From Desulfobacterales bacterium (lineage in GTDB: Bacteria; Desulfobacterota; Desulfobacteria; Desulfobacterales; JAHEIW01): 64,000 nucleotides of DNA. The stretch covers positions 4,037 to 68,036 of the forward strand of contig JASFNW010000005.1 in assembly GCA_050116835.1 (NCBI GenBank), in the 5' to 3' direction. The position numbers and the translations under genes were made by a program. The notes beneath the pieces are model-generated. The model was not told where the DNA came from. It ran no database searches and saw only the letters and a list, made by a program, of their open reading frames with translations. Below, in pieces: positions 16,242 to 26,899 of this stretch. Numbering within the stretch: position 1 is the first letter of the stretch; every line of letters starts with the position of its first letter.

Positions 16242-17126
16242 TTAGCTACCGGTGAGGATGCGCTCAATGGTATCTTGCAGGCTGTGCTGCCAGGGTTGGG
16301 TATTGATTCCGAATTGAACTTTTAAGCGGGTGCAATCCAGAGCGGAATACAGCGGACGTGGTGCGCGCGTAGGCCATTCTGCAGTTGAAATAGCGTCCAC
16401 TTGCCCGATCTTAAGGGCGATATACGGGGCGGCCAATTCGATAATTTTTTCGGCCAAACCATGCCAGGTGGTAATGCCGGCACCGCAGTAATGGTAAGTT
16501 CCCCATGCCAATTTTTCAGCAGTGCCAATTTTCCGGGCAATAATCAGAGTTGCCGCAGCAAGGTCCGCCGCGCTGGTCGGCGATCCCGACTGATCGGCGA
16601 CAACTTTCAGCGCTTTTTTTGCAGCGGCGAGCTTCAAAATGGTTTTGACAAAATTATGGCCGTAAACACCGTAAAGCCAGGATGTGCGCACAATGATGTG
16701 ATCTGACAATATGGATCGGACAGCGGCTTCACCCTTGGCTTTGCTTTGGCCATAGATTCCCAGAGGAGCGATCGGATCGCTTTCCTGGTAAGGCCGGTGC
16801 GCTGCGCCATCAAAAACATAATCAGTGGAAATGTGAATGAGTGCATAACGGTAATCGGCACAATATCGGGCCAGAAAAGACGGTCCGTCTGAGTTGACGG
16901 CATACGCCCGATGCGGTTCATCTTCAGCCCGGTCTACGTCAGTGTATGCGGCGGCGTTTATCACCACAGCTGATGACAGGCCGGCCAAAATCTTCTTGAT
17001 GCGGTTTTCATTGGTAATATCGAGTTGCTGGCGATCAAACGGATGAACGTCAAAATCAGCGCCCTCGGCTTGGCGAACGAGTTCGCGGCCCAGCTGTCCG
17101 TTTGCACCTGTAATCACAACGTTCAT
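16242..17126 (-). CDS. rfbD: dTDP-4-dehydrorhamnose reductase
   Basis: It carries VVITGANGQLG...AAYTDVDRAE...STDYVFDG, the RmlD signature. Confidence 0.9.
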   Translation of the reverse strand: MNVVITGANGQLGRELVRQAEGADFDVHPFDRQQLDITNENRIKKILAGLSSAVVINAAAYTDVDRAEDEPHRAYAVNSDGPSFLARYCADYRYALIHISTDYVFDGAAHRPYQESDPIAPLGIYGQSKAKGEAAVRSILSDHIIVRTSWLYGVYGHNFVKTILKLAAAKKALKVVADQSGSPTSAADLAAATLIIARKIGTAEKLAWGTYHYCGAGITTWHGLAEKIIELAAPYIALKIGQVDAISTAEWPTRAPRPLYSALDCTRLKVQFGINTQPWQHSLQDTIERILTGS

Positions 17127-17686
17127 GGTTTCTTGAGCGGATTGTAAAGTTCTTTGGAAGGAATCTCACCCAAAACCGGCAAAGCGGCATCCTTTTCAGA
17201 AACAATCGGATCCGGAATGGGCCAATCAATCGCAAGGGCCGGATCCGACCACAGAATTCCGCCTTCATCCTGCGGGTCGTAAAAATCCGAACATTTATAA
17301 AAAACACGGGCGCTTTCGCTGAGCACGCAAAATCCATGGGCACATCCAGGTGGGATATACACCTGCCGGTTATTCTGCTCTGAGAGATGGACACTCACCC
17401 AGCGGCCGAAGGTGGGAGAGGTGCGGCGGATATCCACCGCCACATCAAATATTTCTCCGCTGACCACCTGAACCAGCTTTGCCTGGGGACGGGTGACCTG
17501 AAAATGCAGTCCGCGGAGAACATTTTGGATGGAGTAGGACATATTATCCTGTACAAAGACGGTGGTCAATCCGGCGGATTCAAAGCGGCGGCCGTGGTAG
17601 GTTTCTAAAAAAAATCCACGATCATCTTTAAAGACCTGAGGTTCGATAATGTGAAGATCCGGTATTTCAGTTGCGATGAGGTGCAT
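17123..17686 (-). CDS. rfbC: dTDP-4-dehydrorhamnose 3,5-epimerase
   Basis: It carries EPQVFKDDRGFFLETY...LRGLHFQ...GCAHGF. It has a 4-nt overlap with rfbD. Confidence 0.9.
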   Translation of the reverse strand: MHLIATEIPDLHIIEPQVFKDDRGFFLETYHGRRFESAGLTTVFVQDNMSYSIQNVLRGLHFQVTRPQAKLVQVVSGEIFDVAVDIRRTSPTFGRWVSVHLSEQNNRQVYIPPGCAHGFCVLSESARVFYKCSDFYDPQDEGGILWSDPALAIDWPIPDPIVSEKDAALPVLGEIPSKELYNPLKKP

Positions 17687-17807
17687 GGCAGCTCCGCTGG
17701 TTTCAATCTCGATTGGCGCTTTATGGATAGGGCTTAATATCTATATGTTACGCCATTTTCGGCGAGCCTGCAATATCTGTTTTCACCATCGCCGGCCGGC
17801 AGACCCT

Positions 17808-18728
17808 TTAAAAACTCTGACCTTTATCAATTCTGTCCAGCAGATCCAAAATGTGCTCGCGTGCTTTCATTTCCTGCAGCCATTCGGGGGGTATGGCCTC
17901 CATTCCCAGGTAGGCACCGAGCACCATCCCCACGAGCAAGCCTCGGCCGGCAGAGTCGCCGCCTGCCATGCCGTTTTCAATCAAAGCGGTCTTCAGATGG
18001 GTTTCATATTTAGTGATCAGATGGATGACGCTCGGAAAGGCCGCCTGGATTTCACACATCTGGCCAAAATCCGAGATTGCCTGACGACTGTTTTGCGCCA
18101 CGCTTGCCAGCCCCATTTGAATCCATTCATCTAAGGATGCCGAATATTGCATCTCCTTGTGGGCCTGCTCAATGGCTGCCGTCGGAGAAGTTCCGGCCAG
18201 AATCCGGTAGGTGATGGCGGCAAAAAAAGCCGCGCTTTCGATCACCGCTTCATGATTGTGGGTAAACGCCGTCTGCACTCTGGCACTGTCGATCAGGGCC
18301 GGCAGATCATTGCGATATACATAAACCAGCGCGGCAACGCGGGATGCGCCGGCAAGATCATCAGAACCGGATCCTGATTCAGAAGGCGATTTTCCGGATG
18401 CCAGGTTTTCAAGGGTTCCCTTGGTTGCCCCGTCGATATATCCGTCATACGTGGCAAACAATTTCTGCCAGCGGTTTGAAAAATCGGACAAATCAAACCC
18501 ATTACACGCTGAAACGGATTCCAGTAAAATCAATGCTTGATCCCCGTAATGGGTAAATTCTCCAAGGTCCTTGGTCGGATGGTAAGTTGGCCGCTCGGGC
18601 TTTATAAAGCGTTCAACCCGACCGAATTTTTTGTCAATCACGCCGGTATTATAAATCCAATGGACGCCCAGCGCTAAAGAATCGGCGGCAAAAGATGCCA
18701 GTACCATTGCTTTTGGCCTATCGTGCAT
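17808..18728 (-). CDS. ADP-ribosylglycohydrolase family protein
   Basis: It carries ASFAADSLALGVHWIYN... and a C-terminal GGDSAGRG metal-site region. An AGGAG RBS precedes ATG 18728. Confidence 0.75.
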   Translation of the reverse strand: MHDRPKAMVLASFAADSLALGVHWIYNTGVIDKKFGRVERFIKPERPTYHPTKDLGEFTHYGDQALILLESVSACNGFDLSDFSNRWQKLFATYDGYIDGATKGTLENLASGKSPSESGSGSDDLAGASRVAALVYVYRNDLPALIDSARVQTAFTHNHEAVIESAAFFAAITYRILAGTSPTAAIEQAHKEMQYSASLDEWIQMGLASVAQNSRQAISDFGQMCEIQAAFPSVIHLITKYETHLKTALIENGMAGGDSAGRGLLVGMVLGAYLGMEAIPPEWLQEMKAREHILDLLDRIDKGQSF

Positions 18729-18828
18729 GGAGATGCTCCTTTGATGCGGATAAATGTTATACAAACGGGAATAAAACCGGTTTGTCAGGCTGTAAGTGAT
18801 GCTGACGGTTTGGGGTTTTCCGGCCGTA

Positions 18829-19725
18829 TCAGGACATGTTGTATTTTTCGGCTAGTTCCTGCAATTTTGATACGTATTGGTTATGATAGATCAGACCCAT
18901 TCGGCCCTCAAAATCATTTAATAGAAATTCAATGTGGGGCCGGATATCAATACCGGCTGAATTAAATTTTTCGTCGTTGGCCTTATCGAGGATGAGTACC
19001 GAATAATAGGTTGTTAGAATTCGGATCTTTGAATCCCTGCGCAGCAGATAACTCCTGCCGGCCAGCGTATTCAAGAAAAATCCGGAATAGGCATACAGTG
19101 TCTGCAACGATGGCTGGCCGGTTACGCTGATGTCGCCGGCATCATAGGTGGCCCAGCGGTAAAACGTCTGCATGGCCGACTCAAGGATTTCACCTTCATT
19201 TTGCAGTATGTCGCGAACGAGATTCGCCCGTTTCTTTCCTAAAATTCGGAAGAAGTGCGCCATATTGCGATAGAGATTGTAAAGTGAACTGGTCTCACCG
19301 GTGATGCTGGGCAGGTTTGCAGACATTTTTTTCAGTGCCACCTGAAACTGCCCGTAGGTCCCGTCTTTTAGGTCATAAGCCTGTACATAGTCCTGTTCGT
19401 CAAGATAGGTGAAAAATGCATTAATTTGCTGTTCGATTTCCTCGAAATCAAGGGGTTCTTCTTCTTTCACAGCGGCTGACTCGGACCCGAAGACCTCTTT
19501 GAGCTTTCCCTCCGGTATATTTTCCCCCTTTATAGAGGCCATTTCTTCCTCCAGCCCCGTGACTTTTTCCATCAATTCCTTGGTTCGTTTTTCCCATGCC
19601 ACCCGTTCTTGCTGTTTGGCCGTCTCAATACTTTCTTTGTGCCAGCTGCTGAACAGATTATAGCCGAAATATGCGGCGATACCGATGATGGCGACAACGA
19701 GGCCCACTTTAATGGCTTTGTCCAT
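18829..19725 (-). CDS. Hypothetical N-terminally membrane-anchored protein
   Basis: MDKAIKVGLVVAIIGIAAYFGYN forms the anchor, followed by a coiled-coil and a globular domain. The ORF-track extension to 19806 overlaps the tRNA and was rejected. Confidence 0.55.
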   Translation of the reverse strand: MDKAIKVGLVVAIIGIAAYFGYNLFSSWHKESIETAKQQERVAWEKRTKELMEKVTGLEEEMASIKGENIPEGKLKEVFGSESAAVKEEEPLDFEEIEQQINAFFTYLDEQDYVQAYDLKDGTYGQFQVALKKMSANLPSITGETSSLYNLYRNMAHFFRILGKKRANLVRDILQNEGEILESAMQTFYRWATYDAGDISVTGQPSLQTLYAYSGFFLNTLAGRSYLLRRDSKIRILTTYYSVLILDKANDEKFNSAGIDIRPHIEFLLNDFEGRMGLIYHNQYVSKLQELAEKYNMS

Positions 19726-19771
19726 TATGAATGTTATCCTTTTGTGTGTAAAAATGTCTGTATCTGACGCC

Positions 19772-19847
19772 TGGTGCCCCCGGCAGGGATCGAACCTGCG
19801 GCGCATGGATTAGGAATCCATTGCTCTATCCACTGAGCTACGGGGGC
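19772..19847 (-). tRNA. tRNA-Arg (anticodon CCT), CCA encoded
   Basis: GCCCCCGTAGCTCAGTGGATAGAGCAATGGATTCCTAATCCATGCGCCGCAGGTTCGATCCCTGCCGGGGGCACCA folds as a cloverleaf with anticodon loop TTCCTAA. Confidence 0.9.
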
Positions 19848-19860
19848 ATGTATAATAATT

Positions 19861-21081
19861 TCAGCCGTTTACTTGATCCGCATTTTCCTCATTTTCGGTG
19901 ATTGTGCCCAAAATTGTGACCATTTTGGATTTGAGGTAGGATTCCTGTTGTTGTGCAGCAAGTTTTAAAACGTCTTCATCAACAATGTTGTAACGGTCAA
20001 AAACTGCTCTTGTTTTATGGCCTGAAATCATCATTGCCACCCGTTCAGGAATTCCAGATCTGACCATATTTCGGACCGCAGTCCGCCTCAAATCATGAAA
20101 ACGTCTTAAACCAATTTTGGCTTCATTGCAAGCGCTCTTCCATGCTTTGTCAAACCTTTTAACCCTGTCGGTGTCATAAGCATTTAAAAACACATATGTG
20201 TGGCGCAGGCAGTGAAGCGTGTAGCCCTTATGGGCCAGAGCAGCTTTGTCTATATAGCTTTTAAACATCGCCCGGGCTGCTTCGTAGCTAAGCGGTCCGG
20301 CACCATAGCCATAAAAGATAAATTTGCTCTGATATTTTCTTATCTTTAACCATTTTTCCAACGCGCCCACCGCATCAGTGCTCAAATAAACCACTCGACC
20401 TACCCGGTTTTTGTATGCTTCAAAGATCTCAACCCATTGCTCGCGCAAATTGACATCCTTAACCCTGGTGGTTAAAAGCTCACCGATGCGCATGCCGGTG
20501 CGAAGAAGTGTCAGTATCAGTGCCCGATCGTGAACCTTTTTGATGATCGCCAACAGCTGCTGGATATCTTCCGGATCAATTGCGCGCGGCAGAGCCTCGG
20601 GCACCCGGATGCGAAGCTTACGCTTGATCACATTAGCGCTGATCACATCGCGCTCAACTAAAAAGTTTAAAAACGCATATAATCGCTTTAGCCGCCCATC
20701 CACAGATACTGGAGCAAGACCGCGATCTTGTTCATGTTCAACAAAAGCGCTGATATGCTCATGGCCGATCGCCGATAAACGCTGACCACCGCTATGCTTA
20801 AAAAACTCAAAAAATAAAGCGATAGTGGTTGCGCTGCTGCGAATAGTGCTGGGCCGACAGTTGTGCCGCAGCTGCCGGCGAAGGTAATCGCGCACCTTGG
20901 CCCTTCCACACAAACCTGTAGCAGACATTCGCCGCAGACTACGATCGATCTGCTCATTGGATACATGATAGGCGGGGCGAACAGATATTTTGGGGAAAAT
21001 TGAAAGTTGAATCGCTTTGGGCCGGATCGCTGGCGGGCTATAACGGCTTTTTCCTGCAGACACATGCTCGAGGTTCATCAC
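19861..21081 (-). CDS. Tyrosine recombinase/integrase, apparently chimeric
   Basis: It has box I (LLRTGMRIGEL) and a first HxxR (HCLRHTY). A second complete C-terminal module follows: FHDLRRTAVRNMVRSGIPERVAMMISGHKTRAVFDRYNIV. Confidence 0.8.
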   Translation of the reverse strand: MMNLEHVSAGKSRYSPPAIRPKAIQLSIFPKISVRPAYHVSNEQIDRSLRRMSATGLCGRAKVRDYLRRQLRHNCRPSTIRSSATTIALFFEFFKHSGGQRLSAIGHEHISAFVEHEQDRGLAPVSVDGRLKRLYAFLNFLVERDVISANVIKRKLRIRVPEALPRAIDPEDIQQLLAIIKKVHDRALILTLLRTGMRIGELLTTRVKDVNLREQWVEIFEAYKNRVGRVVYLSTDAVGALEKWLKIRKYQSKFIFYGYGAGPLSYEAARAMFKSYIDKAALAHKGYTLHCLRHTYVFLNAYDTDRVKRFDKAWKSACNEAKIGLRRFHDLRRTAVRNMVRSGIPERVAMMISGHKTRAVFDRYNIVDEDVLKLAAQQQESYLKSKMVTILGTITENEENADQVNG

Positions 21082-21530
21082 TACCTCCTTTCGCTTTTTG
21101 CAGAAAAAACAGGTAGATAATGACCTCGATAAACCGTTTAGTCAATTATCATTTTATGTCGTACAGGTTGGAGATATTGCAGGTTTTAGAACTGTAAAGA
21201 AGCTTATGTCACAGAGCAGATTAAAACCTGAGACTCTATGTCAATTATCAGTTTCAGACGACCAATCCTCAAGGAAGGATCCGGATTTATTAAGCTCAAA
21301 GATGATTTGCCGAGCGAATAGACGGCCAAAGGCCACCGAACCGAACCATCCAACATTGAATCTTATTGATGTCATGGTATCTGTACGACGCTATGAGCAT
21401 ATTTTCATCATCATGCCTCAGGCTGTAGTACATTGAGATTATGTTTAAGACCGAAAAACTCCAAATACCATAATCTTGTATCACAGATTTTCAGGGTCGG
21501 TCAATTTAACATAGAGTTGCAGTCGCAGGT

Positions 21531-22064
21531 CTATTGGGACTCTGAATTGTTGTCTTTATAAGGTTTTAAGCGTGGAATCCAGCGAGGTACAGAATTGCAA
21601 TACTGTTTGTAAGTGGATCCAAATTCTTCTGCTAATTGCTTTTCCTCCATAATTATATGGACATTGAAAATCCCAAACATCAGTAAGCAATAAATGAATA
21701 TGCCTCCAGATTGAAACAGCAAAGCTTCTCCTGCCAATACAAAAACACCAGCAATGTACAAAGGATTTCTAACAAATTTATAAAATCCAGTTACTATTAG
21801 TTCTTTAGTAGTTGGCGTAAAAGGTATTGGTGATCCTTTACCAACAAATACAAAACTAACAGAACAATAAAAGTATATCACACCACCGAGAACAATAGGA
21901 ACTATCCCAAGATACCGGAATACACCAATGTCAAAACGGTAAATATGCTCGGGTGATAAAAGTATTTGACGTGGTATCCAGATTAAAAAGAATGGTATTA
22001 CTAAAATTAAGAATAATAAGGTCCCCAATAATGCTGACAAAATTTCAGATGCTTTAGCCTTCAT
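21531..22064 (-). CDS. Membrane methyltransferase of the isoprenylcysteine carboxyl / phospholipid methyltransferase type
   Basis: It has multiple TM helices and GFYKFVRNPLYIAGVFVLAGEALLF. It lies in the low-GC islet. Confidence 0.65.
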   Translation of the reverse strand: MKAKASEILSALLGTLLFLILVIPFFLIWIPRQILLSPEHIYRFDIGVFRYLGIVPIVLGGVIYFYCSVSFVFVGKGSPIPFTPTTKELIVTGFYKFVRNPLYIAGVFVLAGEALLFQSGGIFIYCLLMFGIFNVHIIMEEKQLAEEFGSTYKQYCNSVPRWIPRLKPYKDNNSESQ

Positions 22065-22288
22065 TTTGTAGAACCTCAGAATTTTCTCTTAAAAATTTTC
22101 CTGGGCTCAAATTTTAAGATTATGATCAGATACTGATATATTTATAGAAACCCAAATATCGCAATTTTACAGATACATATCGAATATCGCAAGGTTTTTA
22201 GACAGCTGATATTTACATAGTTGTTGGATATCAAAGGCTTTGATGGTTTTTAGTTTAATATGACACGCAAAGAGTTAAATGTTTGGTT

Positions 22289-22699
22289 TCAAGGAATAAT
22301 AAGTTCAATTTCAACTCGTCGATTTAGACGTCTTCCTTCTGCACTTTTTTTGTTTGCAATAAATTTTTGGGCTCCATGACCGAAAGCCATCATTCGGGAA
22401 GGCTTAATCCCCTTACCCGATAGATAGCTCTTAACTGAAAGGGCCCTGATCTCAGAAACCTCTTGGTTATAGGAAGGAGGACCGACAGAATCCGAATAGC
22501 CATTGAGCGTCAACTTAACAGCTAAGTTAAATGCCAGAATTCTATAAAGCCGATCCAGTTTTTCAATGGCTTTGGGTGAAAGTTCATTTGAATTTTGCTC
22601 AAAAAAAATGCAGAAGTCTGAGTCAACTTTGTTTTCAGCTGACAAGGCAGCCAAGGCAAAGAAAAATGTGGTAGCAAAAATGGTTGCGAATACTTTCAT
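22289..22699 (-). CDS. OmpA-family protein with signal peptide
   Basis: The signal peptide is MKVFATIFATTFFFALAALSA. The OmpA-C-like core reads NGYSDSVGPPSYNQEVSEIRALSVKSYL...NRRVEIELI. Confidence 0.8.
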   Translation of the reverse strand: MKVFATIFATTFFFALAALSAENKVDSDFCIFFEQNSNELSPKAIEKLDRLYRILAFNLAVKLTLNGYSDSVGPPSYNQEVSEIRALSVKSYLSGKGIKPSRMMAFGHGAQKFIANKKSAEGRRLNRRVEIELIIP

Positions 22700-23010
22700 T
22701 CTACTAACCCCTTTATTACTTTTTTTCACTTAACATCAATATTAGATGGAACAATATCCCATCTACTGGCATGTTATCTTGTAAAATGGAATCTTTCTTA
22801 TAATTGTTCATTGTCCCAGATATCCTTCAAGTGGTGATACATTGAGAATAATTGTACTTCACCCATATTGCAGATATCTTCAAAAGACAATAAAAAATCC
22901 AGACCGATAGGACCGGGGCTTTTGATCTAAAAACTGTGCCTAAATTGTGCCCACTGAGCCTATTTTTTACTAAAATTACCTAACATTTCCCAACATCTAA
23001 AATAAAAAAA

Positions 23011-23058
23011 AGCCAATGAAATCATAGTATTTACTGAAATCATTGGCTTTTAATTTTT
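23011..23058. terminator. Bidirectional hairpin terminator just inside the islet boundary
   Basis: The stem AGCCAATGA/TCATTGGCT is flanked by A8 upstream and TTTTAATTTTT downstream. Confidence 0.5.
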
Positions 23059-23070
23059 GCCCTTATCGGT

Positions 23071-23108
23071 TTAGGAATCCATTGCTCTATCCACTGAGCT
23101 ACGGGGGC
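23071..23108 (-). repeat. Orphan copy of tRNA-Arg positions 1-38 (acceptor 5' strand through anticodon loop)
   Basis: ttaggaatccattgctctatccactgagctacgggggc is identical to 19810-19847. Similarity stops at the anticodon-loop edge. Confidence 0.85.
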
Positions 23109-23396
23109 TGATGAATGCCGAAAAGATGAATATGATACTCGCATAGCAAATCAACTTTCAGATTACAAGAACCTTGTCTACATTAGCCGCCTGACAGTTG
23201 AATTAAAAATCCGATCTCTCGGCAGGCGGCAATACGACAAATCTACGCTGATGGGCCTGTTGTTTCCGGTCAAAGATGGTTGCTAACGACCGGGGCTCTA
23301 TGATATATTCATATCTTAATCATTTTAATTGCTTACAAAACGGAAGCAGCATGTCTGCGATCTGATCATCTGTATTCAGCCATTGGAGATTTTCTT

Positions 23397-24338
23397 ATGC
23401 ACATTCGTAAACGTGTACTGGTGACCGGCGGGGCCGGGTTTCTCGGTTCATTTCTGTGTGAACGCCTCTTGAACGAAAAATGCGATGTGGTGTGCGTCGA
23501 TAATTTTTATACGGGAACCAAACGCAATATTGTCCACTTGTTGGACAATCCTTACTTTGAACTGGTGCGGCATGACATCACCTTTCCGCTTTATCTGGAA
23601 GTCGATGAAATCTATAATTTTGCCTGTCCGGCATCGCCGATCCATTACCAAAATGATCCGGTTCAGACCACCAAGGTCAATGTGCACGGATCCATCAATA
23701 TGCTCGGTCTGGCCAAGCGCACGCATGCGAAAATTTTACAGGCGTCGACTTCCGAGGTTTACGGTGACCCCGCTGTTCATCCCCAGACAGAAGACTACTG
23801 GGGTAACGTAAATTGCGTTGGCATTCGATCTTGCTATGATGAAGGCAAACGATGTGCCGAAACCCTTTTTTTTGATTATTATCGTCAGCATGACCTTAAT
23901 ATTCGGGTCGTCCGGATTTTCAACACTTACGGGCCCCGCATGCACCCCAATGACGGTCGCGTGGTCAGCAATTTTATTTTGCAGGCCCTTAAGAATGAAG
24001 ATATAACGGTTTACGGTGACGGCCGCCAAACGCGTTCTTTTTGCTATGTCGATGATATGATCGACGGTGTCATCCGAATGATGGATGCCCGCGATGGTTT
24101 TACCGGGCCGGTAAATTTAGGTAATCCGGAAGAGTTTACGATTCTTGAGTTGGCCGAAAAGATTATTGCGCTGACGCAATCCAATTCAAAAATTGTCTTT
24201 AAACCGCTTCCTCAGGATGATCCCCTGCAGCGCAAACCGAACATTGCGTTGGCCCAAAAAAAATTAAAATGGGAACCTCAAATACCATTAGATAAGGGGC
24301 TGAAACAAACCATCGATTATTTCAAGACCCTGCAATAA
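23397..24338 (+). CDS. UDP-glucuronate decarboxylase (UDP-xylose synthase)
   Basis: It carries [18 protein letters not shown]...[12 protein letters not shown]...[11 protein letters not shown], a short-chain dehydratase of the UXS type. Confidence 0.85.
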   Translation: MHIRKRVLVTGGAGFLGSFLCERLLNEKCDVVCVDNFYTGTKRNIVHLLDNPYFELVRHDITFPLYLEVDEIYNFACPASPIHYQNDPVQTTKVNVHGSINMLGLAKRTHAKILQASTSEVYGDPAVHPQTEDYWGNVNCVGIRSCYDEGKRCAETLFFDYYRQHDLNIRVVRIFNTYGPRMHPNDGRVVSNFILQALKNEDITVYGDGRQTRSFCYVDDMIDGVIRMMDARDGFTGPVNLGNPEEFTILELAEKIIALTQSNSKIVFKPLPQDDPLQRKPNIALAQKKLKWEPQIPLDKGLKQTIDYFKTLQ

Positions 24339-24375
24339 AAGTCACGAACCTGCAACCCTATTACAGGAGACGTTG

Positions 24376-25461
24376 ATGAAACGTGCCTTGATAACCGGGA
24401 TTACCGGCCAGGACGGCGCCTATCTGGCCGAATATCTGTTGAACAAAAATTATGAGGTCCATGGGATCAAACGTCGGGCTTCTTCTTTTAACACCGCACG
24501 GGTGGACCATCTATACAAGGATCCCCACGATAAAGATGTGCGCTTTTGGATGCACTATGGGGATCTGACCGATGCCACCAACCTGATTCGTATCATTCAG
24601 GAAGTCCGGCCGGATGAAATCTATAACCTGGCAGCGCAGAGCCATGTGATGGTCTCTTTTGAGACACCTGAATATACCGCCAACGCAGATGCCCTCGGCA
24701 CGTTGCGGTTGCTGGAGGCCATCCGGATCCTGAACCGGATTGATCAGACACGTTTTTACCAGGCGTCCACCTCCGAGCTTTATGGACGGGTCAAAGAGAC
24801 ACCGCAGACTGAAACCACCCCTTTTTACCCCCGTTCGCCGTATGGTGTGGCCAAACTGTATGCTTACTGGATTACGGTTAATTACCGCGAGGCCTATGGC
24901 ATGTATGCCTGCAACGGTATTTTGTTTAACCACGAGTCCCCCATTCGGGGCGAAACCTTTGTTTCGCGCAAAATTACGCGCGCTATGGCGCGTATCCATA
25001 AAGGCTTGCAGAAAAAGCTTTACATCGGTAATCTTGACGCGCGCCGGGATTGGGGCCACGCCAGAGATTATGTTGAAATGCAATGGCTGATGCTCCAGCA
25101 GGATCTGCCCGATGACTACGTCATTTCAAGCGGCGAGCAGCATTCGGTGCGAGAATTTATCGAAATGGCGGCCGATGCTGTGGGCATTTCCATTCGTTGG
25201 GAAGGGCAGGGGCTTGACGAAAAGGGGATGGATGCCAATAACGGCGATGAACTGGTCTGCATTGACCCCCGCTATTTTCGTCCGACTGAAGTGGACACAC
25301 TGCTGGGTGACAGTTCCAAAGCTCGCCGGAAACTGGGATGGGAACCCAAAACCACCTTCGCGGAACTGGTCAAAGAAATGGTAACCATGGACCTTTTGGA
25401 GGCTGAAAAAGACGAGCTGTGCCTCCAGGAGGGCTTTCAAACTTTCAATCAGGCTGAATAG
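24376..25461 (+). CDS. gmd: GDP-mannose 4,6-dehydratase
   Basis: It carries [19 protein letters not shown]...[10 protein letters not shown]...[10 protein letters not shown]. An AGGAGA RBS precedes ATG 24376. Confidence 0.9.
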   Translation: MKRALITGITGQDGAYLAEYLLNKNYEVHGIKRRASSFNTARVDHLYKDPHDKDVRFWMHYGDLTDATNLIRIIQEVRPDEIYNLAAQSHVMVSFETPEYTANADALGTLRLLEAIRILNRIDQTRFYQASTSELYGRVKETPQTETTPFYPRSPYGVAKLYAYWITVNYREAYGMYACNGILFNHESPIRGETFVSRKITRAMARIHKGLQKKLYIGNLDARRDWGHARDYVEMQWLMLQQDLPDDYVISSGEQHSVREFIEMAADAVGISIRWEGQGLDEKGMDANNGDELVCIDPRYFRPTEVDTLLGDSSKARRKLGWEPKTTFAELVKEMVTMDLLEAEKDELCLQEGFQTFNQAE

Positions 25462-25484
25462 AGCATTATCCATAATCAAACGAG

Positions 25485-26690
25485 ATGTCAGTGCCCATAG
25501 CGACAATAGACGGATTCGAGCAGCAACCCGGAATTATTCCTCGGGATGCGTGCATCTTTTTAGCCGGACATCAGGGTATGGTCGGCTCGGCGATCTATCG
25601 CTGTCTGCAAGCCCGGCAGTATACCAACATCATCACGCGCTCCCATCATGAATTGGATCTGATCGATCAAGCTGCGGTACGCCAATTTTTTGCAGATGAG
25701 AAAATTGATGCGCTGATTTTGGCCGCCGCCAGAGTTGGCGGCATCCAGGCCAATGATACCTATCGGGCCGAGTTTATTTTTGAAAATATCATGATCCAGG
25801 CCAATGTTATTCACGAGGCCTATCGGTCCGGTGTCAAGCGTTTGTTGTTTCTGGGCAGTTCCTGTATTTATCCGAAATATGCGGAGCAGCCCATGCGCGA
25901 AGAGCAACTTTTAACCGGTGTTCTGGAGTCTACCAACGAGCCCTATGCCATTGCCAAAATTGCCGGCATTAAGCTTTGTGAATCATACAATCGTCAGTAC
26001 GGCACCCATTATCGTTCGATCATGCCCACCAATTTATACGGGCCCAATGATAATTTTGACCTGGAAGACTCACACGTCTTGCCGGCCCTGATCCGAAAAT
26101 TTCACCTGGCCAAACTGGCATCTCAGAGAAATTGGCAGAAAATAAGAGAAGACGAAGATGTTTTCGGGCCGATTTCATCTGAATTTATGAAAGGATTAAC
26201 GGCGATTGCAGAGACAAAGACCGAAGACGCTGGCTTGCCACCCGCCATTGAGCTATGGGGCAGCGGTCGACCGAAGCGGGAATTTTTGCATGTCGACGAT
26301 CTGGCAGCAGCCTGCCTGTTTGTGAATAATCTGGCCGATGACGTTTATGCGGAGGGTTGCGCCTCTATGGATCAGCAGCCTGACTCGGACGCCGCCCAGA
26401 CGGCGTCTGCAGATTCGGCCAACTCTGATTGCACCCATCGAGGCCGGGTGTCTCACATCAATGTGGGCAGTGGCAAAGATATTCACATTGCCGAGCTGGC
26501 TCAAATGGTTCAGGCCATTGTCGGCTACGAAGGCGCTGTTCGCTGGAACACTGCCAAACCGGATGGTACCCCGCGCAAATTGCTCGATATTACCCGCATA
26601 TCCCATCTGGGCTGGTCACCCCGCATCGGTCTGAATGAAGGAATTAAAAGCACCTACAGCTGGTATTTGGCGCAATCGGAATTAGATTAA
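25485..26690 (+). CDS. fcl: GDP-L-fucose synthase with two inserted segments
   Basis: It carries [13 protein letters not shown]...LGSSCIYPK...YAIAKIAG...[11 protein letters not shown]. At 401 aa it is longer than the usual length of about 320. Confidence 0.85.
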   Translation: MSVPIATIDGFEQQPGIIPRDACIFLAGHQGMVGSAIYRCLQARQYTNIITRSHHELDLIDQAAVRQFFADEKIDALILAAARVGGIQANDTYRAEFIFENIMIQANVIHEAYRSGVKRLLFLGSSCIYPKYAEQPMREEQLLTGVLESTNEPYAIAKIAGIKLCESYNRQYGTHYRSIMPTNLYGPNDNFDLEDSHVLPALIRKFHLAKLASQRNWQKIREDEDVFGPISSEFMKGLTAIAETKTEDAGLPPAIELWGSGRPKREFLHVDDLAAACLFVNNLADDVYAEGCASMDQQPDSDAAQTASADSANSDCTHRGRVSHINVGSGKDIHIAELAQMVQAIVGYEGAVRWNTAKPDGTPRKLLDITRISHLGWSPRIGLNEGIKSTYSWYLAQSELD

Positions 26691-26899
26691 ACCTCGGGGG
26701 AGAATTTCCATTCAACGCAAGCCAATTTAACGGTAACGGCACGCGCCGCGTCTGGAAACGGATATTCTCGGCGACGGCAGCTCAGGCAGTTCTGTTCTGA
26801 AGTCTGAAAACGGTCACACTTTAGCGTACGGTTGTCCGAAAGTGAACCGCTCGAAAAGATACACGGGGTTTTTGAGTCAACCCTAAAAAAGGAGGATAA

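Larger units (their letters stand above)
19810..23108 (-). mobile_element. Integrated islet bounded by 38-bp direct repeats equal to the 5' half of tRNA-Arg
   Basis: There are identical 38-mers at 19810-19847 and 23071-23108. The integrase stop lies 13 bp from the tRNA 5' end. The cargo between about 21.1 and 23.0 kb is visibly AT-rich. Confidence 0.6.

Noticed and set aside
21098-21484. ORFs 21098-21436 (+) and 21296-21484 (-) inside the islet
   Set aside because: They overlap each other, lie in AT-rich DNA, and have no recognisable motifs or RBS. The region more likely holds the int promoter and arm-type repeats.
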